The position numbers were made by a program, and so were the translations under genes. From the NCBI GenBank assembly GCA_030019445.1, contig JASEEU010000002.1, forward strand, positions 38,995 through 62,994: 24,000 nucleotides of DNA, in the 5' to 3' direction. This stretch comes from Anaerosomatales bacterium (GTDB lineage Bacteria > Actinomycetota > Coriobacteriia > Anaerosomatales > Anaerosomataceae). The notes under the pieces are model-generated. The model did not search any database and was not told the DNA's origin. It saw only the letters and a list, made by a program, of their open reading frames with translations. Of this stretch, positions 16,545 through 24,000 are shown in pieces (within the stretch, counting starts at the first letter, position 1; every line of letters begins with the position of its first letter).

Positions 16545-17876
16545 ATGCTCTCCGAGCGGATCATCACCGGCGCGCTCCGCGTGCTGAATCGGGACTACCT
16601 TGCCCAGGAACCCGTGAAGATGGACAGCTTGCCGGGGCCCCAGGAGGGGCACGGCTACACGCTCTACTGCCATGTGCCGTTCTGCGAGCGGCTCTGCCCG
16701 TACTGCTCGTTCAACCGGTTCCTCTACTCCGAGCAGCGTGCGCGCGAGTACTTCAAGCGTCTGCGCACCGAGCTGCACATGGTGGCCGACCTGGGCTATG
16801 ACTTCGCCTCCCTCTACATCGGCGGCGGCACCCCGACCATCTTGCTCGACGAGCTCTGCGACACGATCGACCTCGTGCGCGAGCTCTTCCCCGGGGTGCG
16901 CGAGGTGTCCGCCGAGACCAGCCCCAACCACATCGACGACGAGACGATCGACGCGCTGAAGGATCGCGTGCAGCGCTTCTCGGTGGGCGTCCAGAGCTTC
17001 GACGACCTGCTGCTCCGGCAGATGGCGCGCTACGACAAGTATGGCGCCGGCGAAGAGGTGTTCGCCGCCGTCGAGCGCGCCGCGGGGAAGTTCCACTCGC
17101 TGAACGTGGACATGATCTTCAACTTCCCGAGCCAGACCGAGGATATGCTCCTCGCCGACATCGAGACGGTCAAGAAGACCGGTGCGAACCAGACGACCTT
17201 CTATCCGCTCATGGTCTCACCGCTCAACCGCCGCCAGATCAAGAACGACATCGGCGCGGTGGACTTCGAGCGCGAGGCGCGCTACTACCGCACGATCTAC
17301 GAAAGCCTTTCACCGGAGTTCGAGCCGGCTTCGGCCTGGACCTTCTCGCGGGACGCGGGACAGATGATCGACGAGTACATCTGCGACTACGAGGAGTACG
17401 TCGGCGTCGGCTCCGGGGCCCTGTCGTTCCTCGGCGACCGGATCTACGGCAACGACTTCTCGCTCGGGGAGTACGAGCGCAGGATCGATGCCGGCGTGAT
17501 GTCGGTGGCCAAGCAGGGTCGCCCGTACCGGCGCAAGGCGCGGATGCGCTACCGGTTCGTGACCGACCTGTTCGCGCTCCGGCTCGACAAGGAGCGCTTC
17601 CGCAGGGACTTCGGCGTACCGGTCGAGCGAGGACTCTGGGCGGAGCTGCTGTTCATGCACGCCGCCGGCGGCATCGCCACCCACGACGAGCGGGAGATCA
17701 CGCTCAACGACACGGGCCGGTACCTGCTCCTCGTGATGATGCGCGAGACGTTGGCGGCGTCCAACGACCTTCGCGACCAGGCGCGTGCAGCGTTGCCGCT
17801 CGAGGAGCGGATGCTCTTGTTCGACAACCCGGACGTCTGTCGGGAGCATGTCGAGGAGTGCCTGGTCGCCAGCTGA
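16545..17876 (+). CDS. Radical SAM protein, coproporphyrinogen III oxidase/HemW-like
   Basis: CHVPFCERLCPYCSF (CxxxCxxC), YIGGGTPTILLDEL, SAETSPNHI, RVQRFSVGVQSFDDLLLRQMAR. Confidence 0.88.
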   Translation: MLSERIITGALRVLNRDYLAQEPVKMDSLPGPQEGHGYTLYCHVPFCERLCPYCSFNRFLYSEQRAREYFKRLRTELHMVADLGYDFASLYIGGGTPTILLDELCDTIDLVRELFPGVREVSAETSPNHIDDETIDALKDRVQRFSVGVQSFDDLLLRQMARYDKYGAGEEVFAAVERAAGKFHSLNVDMIFNFPSQTEDMLLADIETVKKTGANQTTFYPLMVSPLNRRQIKNDIGAVDFEREARYYRTIYESLSPEFEPASAWTFSRDAGQMIDEYICDYEEYVGVGSGALSFLGDRIYGNDFSLGEYERRIDAGVMSVAKQGRPYRRKARMRYRFVTDLFALRLDKERFRRDFGVPVERGLWAELLFMHAAGGIATHDEREITLNDTGRYLLLVMMRETLAASNDLRDQARAALPLEERMLLFDNPDVCREHVEECLVAS

Positions 17877-17955
17877 GCCATCTGTGACGACCGTCGTGGT
17901 CTCGGTCTTCGGCGAGTGCTACGCTGGCCGTGTCCGCCACTCCGGGAGCGCGACC

Positions 17956-18168
17956 ATGGATCCGTATGCGCCGGTCAAAGGCAAGTGCACGTTCTGGCGA
18001 GAGCAGCCGAACGAGGACGACCGCTGGGACACATCCGTGAAGCCGCTTGACCGGCGTGTCACCTGCACCTGCTTCATCGAGGGTGACGTCTGGCTCGTGA
18101 CCGTCGGCACCATCCCTCCGGACTGCCCCAAGCGCTACAAGTGCCGCTACTACGTCAGGACCGCCTGA
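17956..18168 (+). CDS. Small cysteine-containing hypothetical protein
   Basis: 70 aa MDPYAPVKGKCTFWREQPNEDDRWDTSVKPLDRRVTCTCFIEGDVWLVTVGTIPPDCPKRYKCRYYVRTA. ATG with GGGAG upstream. An upstream in-frame GTG (17884) is possible. Confidence 0.55.
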   Translation: MDPYAPVKGKCTFWREQPNEDDRWDTSVKPLDRRVTCTCFIEGDVWLVTVGTIPPDCPKRYKCRYYVRTA

Positions 18169-18191
18169 GCGCGCGAGTCGTGAGAATGAGA

Positions 18192-18223
18192 CGACGGCCC
18201 CCGGGTCGCCCCGGAGGCCGTCG
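18192..18223. terminator. Hairpin terminator between two small convergent genes
   Basis: cgacggcc (18192..18199) / ggccgtcg (18216..18223) enclosing an inner ccggg/cccgg stem. Confidence 0.55.
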
Positions 18224-18280
18224 CTGGAAGCCGGTCCGCGTGAGTGTTTCGTGCGGGTGACCGGCGGGTCCACGTGTCTG

Positions 18281-18424
18281 TCAGCGGCCCGGCTTGTAGA
18301 TGCCGACCTTGTAGCCGTTGCCGTTGCAGCCGGGGCACGATCGGTAGGTCGACCGACCGTCGGATCGACCGACGCTGACGACCTTGTTGCCCTTGCAGAC
18401 CGGGCAGGTCTCCTTCTTAACCAT
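18281..18424 (-). CDS. 47-aa DnaJ-type CxxCxGxx zinc-finger mini-protein
   Basis: Manually translated; below the ORF track length limit: MVKKETCPVCKGNKVVSVGRSDGRSTYRSCPGCNGNGYKVGIYKPGR*. AGGAGG Shine-Dalgarno 6 nt before ATG. Confidence 0.8.
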   Translation of the reverse strand: MVKKETCPVCKGNKVVSVGRSDGRSTYRSCPGCNGNGYKVGIYKPGR

Positions 18425-18647
18425 CGACTGCCTCCTGTCGTGCTGCTGCGGAGATGGTTAAGCAAGCTTCATTCCAACGTAGTATATCGTTCACCCAACG
18501 GCGAGACTTGAGCGCCCGTTCCCGGGCATGCGTGTCGGGATGGTAACGCGAGTGAGTCGCCTGGATAGCGGGGGGTTGTAGTGAGGACGCGCTCGTACGA
18601 TACCTGGCTGTGGCAGGCAGCACTCGTCGATCGGATGGCACGCGACA

Positions 18648-18920
18648 ATGACCACGCAGGTGATCACTCCGCACGTCGACCGGGCGGTCATGGGCCTCGG
18701 GGTGCTGTACCCCCTGGCCGCTCTACCGCAGGTCTACAACGTCTGGTTCTTGCATAGGACGGCGGGATTCAACGAGTTCACATATCTCGTCGGCGTGATC
18801 GTGGCGATCCTGTGGGTCTCGTACGGGTTTCTCCATCGGCAGCGCGCCGTATGGATGGTGAACAGCCTCTGGGTGGCGCTCAACGGCGCGATGGCTGTCG
18901 GGCTATTCTTCGTCCGCTAG
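18648..18920 (+). CDS. SemiSWEET / PQ-loop family transporter (copy 2)
   Basis: 90 aa; LGVLYPLAALPQVYNVWFLHRTAGFNEFTYLVGVIVAILWVSYGFLHRQRAVWMVNSLWVALNGAMAVGLFFVR. Confidence 0.85.
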   Translation: MTTQVITPHVDRAVMGLGVLYPLAALPQVYNVWFLHRTAGFNEFTYLVGVIVAILWVSYGFLHRQRAVWMVNSLWVALNGAMAVGLFFVR

Positions 18921-20627
18921 CCCGGCTCCGTCAGGTCGCTCGGCCGAGCGTGTGGGTTGCGGCGTTGGCACGGCGACGGCCCCCGAATCCTCGTGGGGCA
19001 CGATAAGCACGGGGACATCCAGCGCGTCGAGCACCCGGTGCTGCTTGGTGCGCAGCGGCGAGACGCCGCCGAGCGCCGTCTTGGCGAGCGGAGCGCCCAG
19101 CACGACCATGTGAGCGCCCACCTCCTCCACCAATCGGGCGATGCCGCGCTCCAGAGAGCGTGCACGCACGAGCCGCGTGTCTACCGTCAGGCCGCGCTTC
19201 GTCACGGAGTCCGCGAGCCGTTCCAGCAGCCGCTCGGCGTTGGCCAGTTCCGCGGCCACCGTATACGCGCGTCCCGGCGTGATGACGTGCGAGAGGACGA
19301 TCGTCGGCGGGCAATCGCCCACCTCGGGGACGGCGACGTCCAGCGTCTGCGCGAGCCGGTCCGGCGTCAGCGCGCGGCTGACCGGCACCAGGATGAGCCG
19401 TTCCGGACAGACGAGCGCGCCCTCCTCGGCCTGCTCGGTCTCCTCGTGCTCCATGAGGCACGCAACGGCGCGCTTGGTCAGCACGGGGCCCACCACCTCG
19501 AACAGCACCATCGAGGCGAGCACGACGGCGTTGACCGTGGGCCCCGCGTCCGGGAAGACGTTGGCGGCGTCGAGCGCGAGGCCGACAGCCACTCCCGCCT
19601 GCGGCAGCATGCCGAGGCCGAACCACGCCGACTGCCTGAGCGGATAGCGAGCGGCGAGCGAGCCGACGAATCCGGCGAGGAACTTGCCGAGGCTGCGGGC
19701 GACGATGTAGGCGACGGCGACCAGGCCTGCCGCTGTGACCGCCCCGATCTCAAGGTGCGCGCCCGCCAATGTGAAGAAGATGATGTAGACCGGGTACTCG
19801 ATCGTCCTCAGCGACAGGAAGATGCGTTCGCGCGTGTTCCGGCTCTCCTCGAGCGTGGCGACGGTGATGCCGGCAACGAGTGCCGCAAGCAGGCTCGAGA
19901 CGCCGAGCGCCTCTCCGGCGGCGACCACGAGGAGCACGTTGGTGAGGCCGAGGGCGAGCATCTCGCCCTCCTTGAAGACGCGCTCAAGCAGCTTGGCCAG
20001 CAAGAAGCCTGCGACGATACCGAGCACGAGGGCTCCGCCGATCTGCTTGCCCGTCTGCATCAGCGCGTCGCCCATGCTCTGGTGGATGCGTACCGAGAGG
20101 AGCAGGAACGGCGTTACCGCCGCGTACAGCACGACGGCCGCGATATTGTCGAGCGCGGCGTTCCCGAGCAGCGAGTCGCAGCCGCGGCCGCGGCCCTGCA
20201 CCTCCGAGATCACGGCCATGACGGTCGCAGGAGCCCCGGAGATGCCGATCACGGCGAGGAGCCAGATGACGATCGTCGAGCCCGGCGCGACGAGGCTGAC
20301 CGCGATCGCGACGAAGATCGCGGGCAGTGCGAGGTTGAGCGCCGACGTGAGCCAGAACGACCAGTGGTGGCGCGCGAGCATCTTGCGCGTGAGCGACTCG
20401 CCGATCAGGAAGACGATGAGGCCGAGCGCGATCGGCTCGGCGAACGCGATCTTGTGCAGCAGGTCCTGCGACAGCAGCCCCAGCCCGTGTGGGCCGACGG
20501 CGATGCCGACGAGCAGGAAGCCGGTGACCGCGGGCAGGTTGAAGCGCCCGATGAGCCGGGCGCCCATGTAGCCGAGCCAGATGAGCGTCCCCACGATGAT
20601 GAGGTCTGTCCAGACGACCTGGTCCAC
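18903..20627 (-). CDS. CPA2-family monovalent cation:proton antiporter with C-terminal UspA-like domain
   Basis: RFNLPAVTGFLLVGIAVGPHGLGLL, polytopic; about 140 C-terminal residues ending in LGGVSPLRTKQHRVLDALDVPVLIVPHEDSG, Usp-like. Stop overlaps the convergent SemiSWEET stop by 18 bp. Confidence 0.88.
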   Translation of the reverse strand: MDQVVWTDLIIVGTLIWLGYMGARLIGRFNLPAVTGFLLVGIAVGPHGLGLLSQDLLHKIAFAEPIALGLIVFLIGESLTRKMLARHHWSFWLTSALNLALPAIFVAIAVSLVAPGSTIVIWLLAVIGISGAPATVMAVISEVQGRGRGCDSLLGNAALDNIAAVVLYAAVTPFLLLSVRIHQSMGDALMQTGKQIGGALVLGIVAGFLLAKLLERVFKEGEMLALGLTNVLLVVAAGEALGVSSLLAALVAGITVATLEESRNTRERIFLSLRTIEYPVYIIFFTLAGAHLEIGAVTAAGLVAVAYIVARSLGKFLAGFVGSLAARYPLRQSAWFGLGMLPQAGVAVGLALDAANVFPDAGPTVNAVVLASMVLFEVVGPVLTKRAVACLMEHEETEQAEEGALVCPERLILVPVSRALTPDRLAQTLDVAVPEVGDCPPTIVLSHVITPGRAYTVAAELANAERLLERLADSVTKRGLTVDTRLVRARSLERGIARLVEEVGAHMVVLGAPLAKTALGGVSPLRTKQHRVLDALDVPVLIVPHEDSGAVAVPTPQPTRSAERPDGAGLADEE

Positions 20628-20665
20628 GCGCTGCCTTTCGTCGGTCGGTCAGGTCGGGCTGCGTG

Positions 20666-21919
20666 CTACAGAGACTCCTTCGCCGTCTCCTCGAGCGCCT
20701 TGTCCACCTGGCGCCTGAGCGCCGGCGGCAGGCCGGGGATATCAAGATCGAGGAAGCCGCGCGTGATCATCGAGATCGCGTCATCCTTGGGGACCCCGCG
20801 CGACATGAGGTAGTAGATCTCCTCGGCGGCGATTGGCGAGATCGCCGCTTCGTGGCTGAGCTCCGCTCCCGGAGCGCCCTCGCTCGCGAGGTCGGGGATC
20901 GCCCACTGCGTCGACTCCTCGGAAAAGACGATGCCGCGGCAGTCGAGATGCGCCTTGCAGTCGTTGTTGCGGCCGATGAGGCGTCCACGGCTGTAGACGA
21001 CGGCCTTGTCGCGCGAGACCGTGCGGGCGATGGCCTCCGAGCGCGTGCCTGCGCCCTCGAGCGAGGTCTCCGAGCCGATGTCCACGTAGCTGTCGTCAAG
21101 GCCGTAGACGATGGAGTTGAAGACCGCACGCGAGCGGTCGCCCACGAGGCGCGCGACCGGGAAGGTCTGGAGCGATCGCACCGGCTTCAACATGATGTAG
21201 TTGTTCACGTAGACGCCGTCCTCCTCCACGGTCACGCCGGTGCGCGGACGGACGTGGAAGTCCTCGGACCAGTTGTGGATCATCGTGAACGTGAGCTTGG
21301 CGCCCTTGCCCACGTAGAACTCGGAGATACCCGCGTGCAGCCCCTCGCGCACCTGCGGATGGATGGTGCAGCCGGTGAGCACGTTGGCCTCGGCGCCCTC
21401 CTCGAGGATGATCACGCTATGCACGTTCTGGGAGATGTTGTTCTCCGAGACGAACAGGCACGCCTGGATGGGCTTGTCGATCTTCTGGCCGGCCTTCACG
21501 CGGATGAAGTAGCCCTCGGTGTGGTTGAGGGCGACCTGCGCGGTGTACTTGTCCTTGTCGGGCGCGACGTTGCGCCAGTAGTACTTCTCGTACATGAGCT
21601 CGGGATAGAGGACGAGCGCCTCTTCGGTGCTCATGATCTCGAGCTTGTTGTCGAACATCTCCTCCACCTTGCGGTAGATGGGGGAGCGGTCCATCTGGAA
21701 GTAGCTGCCGGAGCGGCCCGCCTCGGAGGCGTCGAAGCCGATCTCGAGCGCGGTCTCCTTGATCTGCTTGTTGAGCGATGCGAGCGACTCCACCGACTGC
21801 TGGTCGGCCGCCGCGTTGAACGCCGCCAGGTCCAGGTCGGGGCCGAACGTGGCGGGCTTGTCCACCGCTGTCTCGGCAAGGCGGCGGATCTCGGCCTTGC
21901 GCTGCTCTATCGCTGACAT
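20666..21919 (-). CDS. SufB/SufD-family Fe-S cluster assembly scaffold-like protein
   Basis: GRNNDCKAHLDCRGIVFSEESTQWAIPDLASEGAPGAELSHEAAISPIAAEEIYYLMSRGVPKDDAISMITRGFL. Start placed at ATG 21919 (MSAIEQRKAEI), not the 22747 track start that runs through the SufC gene. Confidence 0.9.
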   Translation of the reverse strand: MSAIEQRKAEIRRLAETAVDKPATFGPDLDLAAFNAAADQQSVESLASLNKQIKETALEIGFDASEAGRSGSYFQMDRSPIYRKVEEMFDNKLEIMSTEEALVLYPELMYEKYYWRNVAPDKDKYTAQVALNHTEGYFIRVKAGQKIDKPIQACLFVSENNISQNVHSVIILEEGAEANVLTGCTIHPQVREGLHAGISEFYVGKGAKLTFTMIHNWSEDFHVRPRTGVTVEEDGVYVNNYIMLKPVRSLQTFPVARLVGDRSRAVFNSIVYGLDDSYVDIGSETSLEGAGTRSEAIARTVSRDKAVVYSRGRLIGRNNDCKAHLDCRGIVFSEESTQWAIPDLASEGAPGAELSHEAAISPIAAEEIYYLMSRGVPKDDAISMITRGFLDLDIPGLPPALRRQVDKALEETAKESL

Positions 21920-22674
21920 ATCGCACACTCCACACACTTGTCGTAGCCGTGTTTGCCGATCTCGCCGATAAGGTCGCGCGGGTTGCCCTTGCACGCCAGC
22001 TTGCCGTCGTAGAGCACGTGGCCGATGTCGGCGTTCACGTACTCGAGGATGTGGCCCGTGTGCGTCACGATGAGCCCGGCGCGCGTGCCCTTGCCGACAC
22101 GCTCGGACTTGAGCAGGCGGTTCATCGCCCTGCCGACCACAGCTATGTTGTCGAGGTCGACGCCGGATTCCGGCTCGTCGAAGAGCGTGAGCTCGGGAGA
22201 CTGCGCGATGAGCTGCGCCATCTCGGAGCGCTTCATCTCGCCGCCCGAGAAGCCCATGTTCACGTCGCGATCGATCATCTTGCGCAGCGAGAGCTCGCCG
22301 ATCAGGTCCGCGAGCAGCTCCTCGTGCTCGCCGTCCCCGGCCGCCACCTCGATGAGCTGCCGGAGCTTGATGCCCCGCACAGCGGGCGGTCGCTGGAACG
22401 CGACACCGATGCCGAGACGGGCCCGTTCGTCGATCTCCAGGCCATCCAGGTCGACACCCTTGAATGTGATGCTGCCCTGGGTGACGCGGTACCCGGGCAG
22501 TCCGACGATGGTGTTGAGCAGCGTGGTCTTGCCGCCGCCGTTGGGGCCGAGAAGGACGTGCGTCTCGCCCTCGGCGATGACGAGGTCGATCCCGCGAAGG
22601 ACCTCGTGGTCGCCGACGGTCACGTGCAGGTCCTCGACCGCGAGCAGTGGCTGCGGCTCTTGGAGAGCTGGCAT
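21907..22674 (-). CDS. SufC-like Fe-S assembly ABC ATPase
   Basis: Walker A LLGPNGGGKTTLL, signature MGFSGGEMKRSEMAQ, Walker B ELTLFDEPESGVDLDN, H-loop VTHTG; C-terminal KCVECAICQR. 13-bp overlap with the SufB-like gene. Confidence 0.92.
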   Translation of the reverse strand: MPALQEPQPLLAVEDLHVTVGDHEVLRGIDLVIAEGETHVLLGPNGGGKTTLLNTIVGLPGYRVTQGSITFKGVDLDGLEIDERARLGIGVAFQRPPAVRGIKLRQLIEVAAGDGEHEELLADLIGELSLRKMIDRDVNMGFSGGEMKRSEMAQLIAQSPELTLFDEPESGVDLDNIAVVGRAMNRLLKSERVGKGTRAGLIVTHTGHILEYVNADIGHVLYDGKLACKGNPRDLIGEIGKHGYDKCVECAICQR

Positions 22675-22743
22675 CCGTACCTCGATTCTCAGTGCGACTG
22701 ACGTTCTGGAATCTACCCGAAGTGGCGGCGCGGGGCCACCGGC

Positions 22744-24000
22744 TCACTCGGCGGTCAGCACAGCCAAGACTTCCCGCTCTACCGCATCGCCGACGACGTC
22801 GGGCTCTCCCAGGAGCCAGACGTCTGCCATGCCATCGGCGTGGCGTCGCAGGTAGGCGCGCGTGGACGCCGTGAGGTCGGCGCCGTTCACGAGAAGGATC
22901 GGCGATCTGCTCCGCCCGCCCACCGATGAGCCGGCGAGCGCGTCAGGGAAGTTGCGGCCGGTGGCCAGCACCATCCGCCCGGGGAGCAGCCCGCGCGCGA
23001 GGCCGTGCTCGGCGAGCAGCGCCGCGGTCTCGAAGCGGTCCGCCCCGCCCACGCGGGTCGGGCGCGGACACGCGCTCTGGACCCGGGTCCCCACCACGTC
23101 GACGCCGCCGACGAGCACGGTCGAGGAGATACCGTACTCGCGCAGGATCGTCTTGGAGGCCGAGGGAAGACCGTACGACTCGGTGAGGACGATCGGCCAG
23201 TCGTTCGCGACGGCGAGCGGCCCGGCGGCGACGGCGTCGGGCCAGTTGCGCCCGTTGACCACGACCACGGTGGTGATCGACCGGCTCGGGTCACGCATGC
23301 GGCGGGCGATGGCGAGCGCGGTCTCGAAGCGGTTGACGCCGGCCACGCGCTCCACATGCGTGCATCCGGCGATCGAGGAGAGCTCGCGTTGGACGCGCCC
23401 CGAGACGACGTCGGTGCCGCCGAGCACGACGGCGTTGCGCGCGCCCAGCCGCCGGATCTCAGCGGCGATCTCATCAGGGAGGTACCCCGGGTTCGTGAGG
23501 AGGACAGGCGCCCGCAAAGCACCCGCCAGCGGTGCGCCCGCGAGCGCGTCGGGGAAGTCGCGCTCGGTGGCGAGCACCACCCACCGCGCACCCTCCGGGA
23601 ACGCCTCCCGGGAGATCTCGACGGACGTGAGCCCGCGGTTCCGACCGGCGAGGCGCTCGACGTTCGGAGGTGTCTCGCGGGTCACAAGGCCGGCGTCGCC
23701 CCAGAGGAAGAGGCGGTGGAAGAAGTTGCTCTCGTCATTCGTCCAGTCGGTGAACACCAGGCGCGCGTCGCGCGTCCCGTCGCGCACGAACACGGGGTCT
23801 GAGTACAGCACGCCCGGCTCGGCGGGGGAGACGACGCGGTCCTTGTGCCAGGTCAGGCCCCGGTCTGCCGAGGTCCAGAGCTCGATCCGGCCGCCCCGGC
23901 CCCGGTAGTCGTTGTCAACGCTCCCGCGGGCGTCGCTGTCTCCCGTGACGAGGAACGCCTCCACTCCGCCGCCCGGAAGACACTCGAACGCGGCGGCATC
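22744..24000 (-). CDS. Secreted/cell-wall protein fragment: sialidase/BNR-like region plus three cell wall-binding repeat 2 (CWB2) domains (N-terminus beyond window)
   Basis: Open to the window edge. BNR-like IELWTSADRGLTWHKDR; three repeats with VERLAGRNRG..DFPDALAGAPLAG..VVLGGTDVV, VERVAGVNRFETA..NWPDAVAAGPLA..VLVGGVDVV and TRVGGADRFETA..NFPDALAG..VWLLGEPDVV. Confidence 0.9.
   Translation of the reverse strand, partial: DAAAFECLPGGGVEAFLVTGDSDARGSVDNDYRGRGGRIELWTSADRGLTWHKDRVVSPAEPGVLYSDPVFVRDGTRDARLVFTDWTNDESNFFHRLFLWGDAGLVTRETPPNVERLAGRNRGLTSVEISREAFPEGARWVVLATERDFPDALAGAPLAGALRAPVLLTNPGYLPDEIAAEIRRLGARNAVVLGGTDVVSGRVQRELSSIAGCTHVERVAGVNRFETALAIARRMRDPSRSITTVVVVNGRNWPDAVAAGPLAVANDWPIVLTESYGLPSASKTILREYGISSTVLVGGVDVVGTRVQSACPRPTRVGGADRFETAALLAEHGLARGLLPGRMVLATGRNFPDALAGSSVGGRSRSPILLVNGADLTASTRAYLRRHADGMADVWLLGEPDVVGDAVEREVLAVLTAE

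Noticed and set aside
16545-18168. Radical SAM gene plus small Cys-containing protein considered as a RiPP (peptide maturase) system
   Set aside because: The radical SAM protein resembles HemN/HemW throughout and I see no SPASM-type C-terminal Cys cluster or leader-core-like precursor; the small protein is folded-looking rather than precursor-like.
18957-20813. 618-aa plus-strand ORF opposite the antiporter
   Set aside because: Highly charged, repetitive translation typical of high-GC shadow frames; the minus strand encodes a clear membrane transporter.
20663-21916. 417-aa plus-strand ORF mirroring the SufB-like gene
   Set aside because: Nearly same boundaries as the real gene, caused by codon-position GC bias; the translation lacks any family motif.
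21920-22747. N-terminal extension of the SufB-like ORF up to 22747
   Set aside because: The extension lies out of frame inside the SufC-like gene and is Arg-rich shadow sequence; family similarity starts at MSAIEQRKAEI (21919).
22744-24000. Triplicated protein region considered as a DNA tandem repeat
   Set aside because: Repeats are only protein-level CWB2 domains with divergent nucleotide sequence; a known cell-wall-binding architecture.

Overview
This 24 kb high-GC window looks chromosomal and reads like an actinobacterial or Coriobacteriia-type genome (inferred from GC content and gene order). I see no CRISPR array, transposase, phage module or obvious defence island. In order, it contains: the end of a nitrate/sulfonate/taurine-type ABC importer (ATPase and permease); a minus-strand signalling operon (PAS/His-kinase/REC-REC hybrid plus two stand-alone receivers); tRNA-Arg(CCT); a phosphoribosyltransferase; a Ser/Thr-phosphorylation and cell-wall-elongation cluster (four-PASTA kinase, membrane protein, single-ORF FtsW/RodA-PBP2 fusion, PP2C phosphatase, two FHA proteins, second membrane kinase); tRNA-Leu(CAG) with a good promoter and terminator; an FKBP-type isomerase; two separate SemiSWEET/PQ-loop proteins; a DUF2177-like membrane protein; a HemN/HemW-like radical SAM protein; two small Cys-containing proteins, one of them (18281..18424, 47 aa) missing from the ORF track; a CPA2 antiporter with a UspA-like tail; a two-gene SufC/SufB-like pair; and a truncated cell-wall-binding-repeat protein. 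The most notable items are the FtsW/RodA-PBP2 fusion, the non-RD multipass kinase beside the FHA genes, the minimal SufCB pair whose ATPase ends in CxxCxxC, the unlisted zinc-finger ORF, and a structured leader before the radical SAM gene. I found no convincing evidence of a wholly new multi-gene system.
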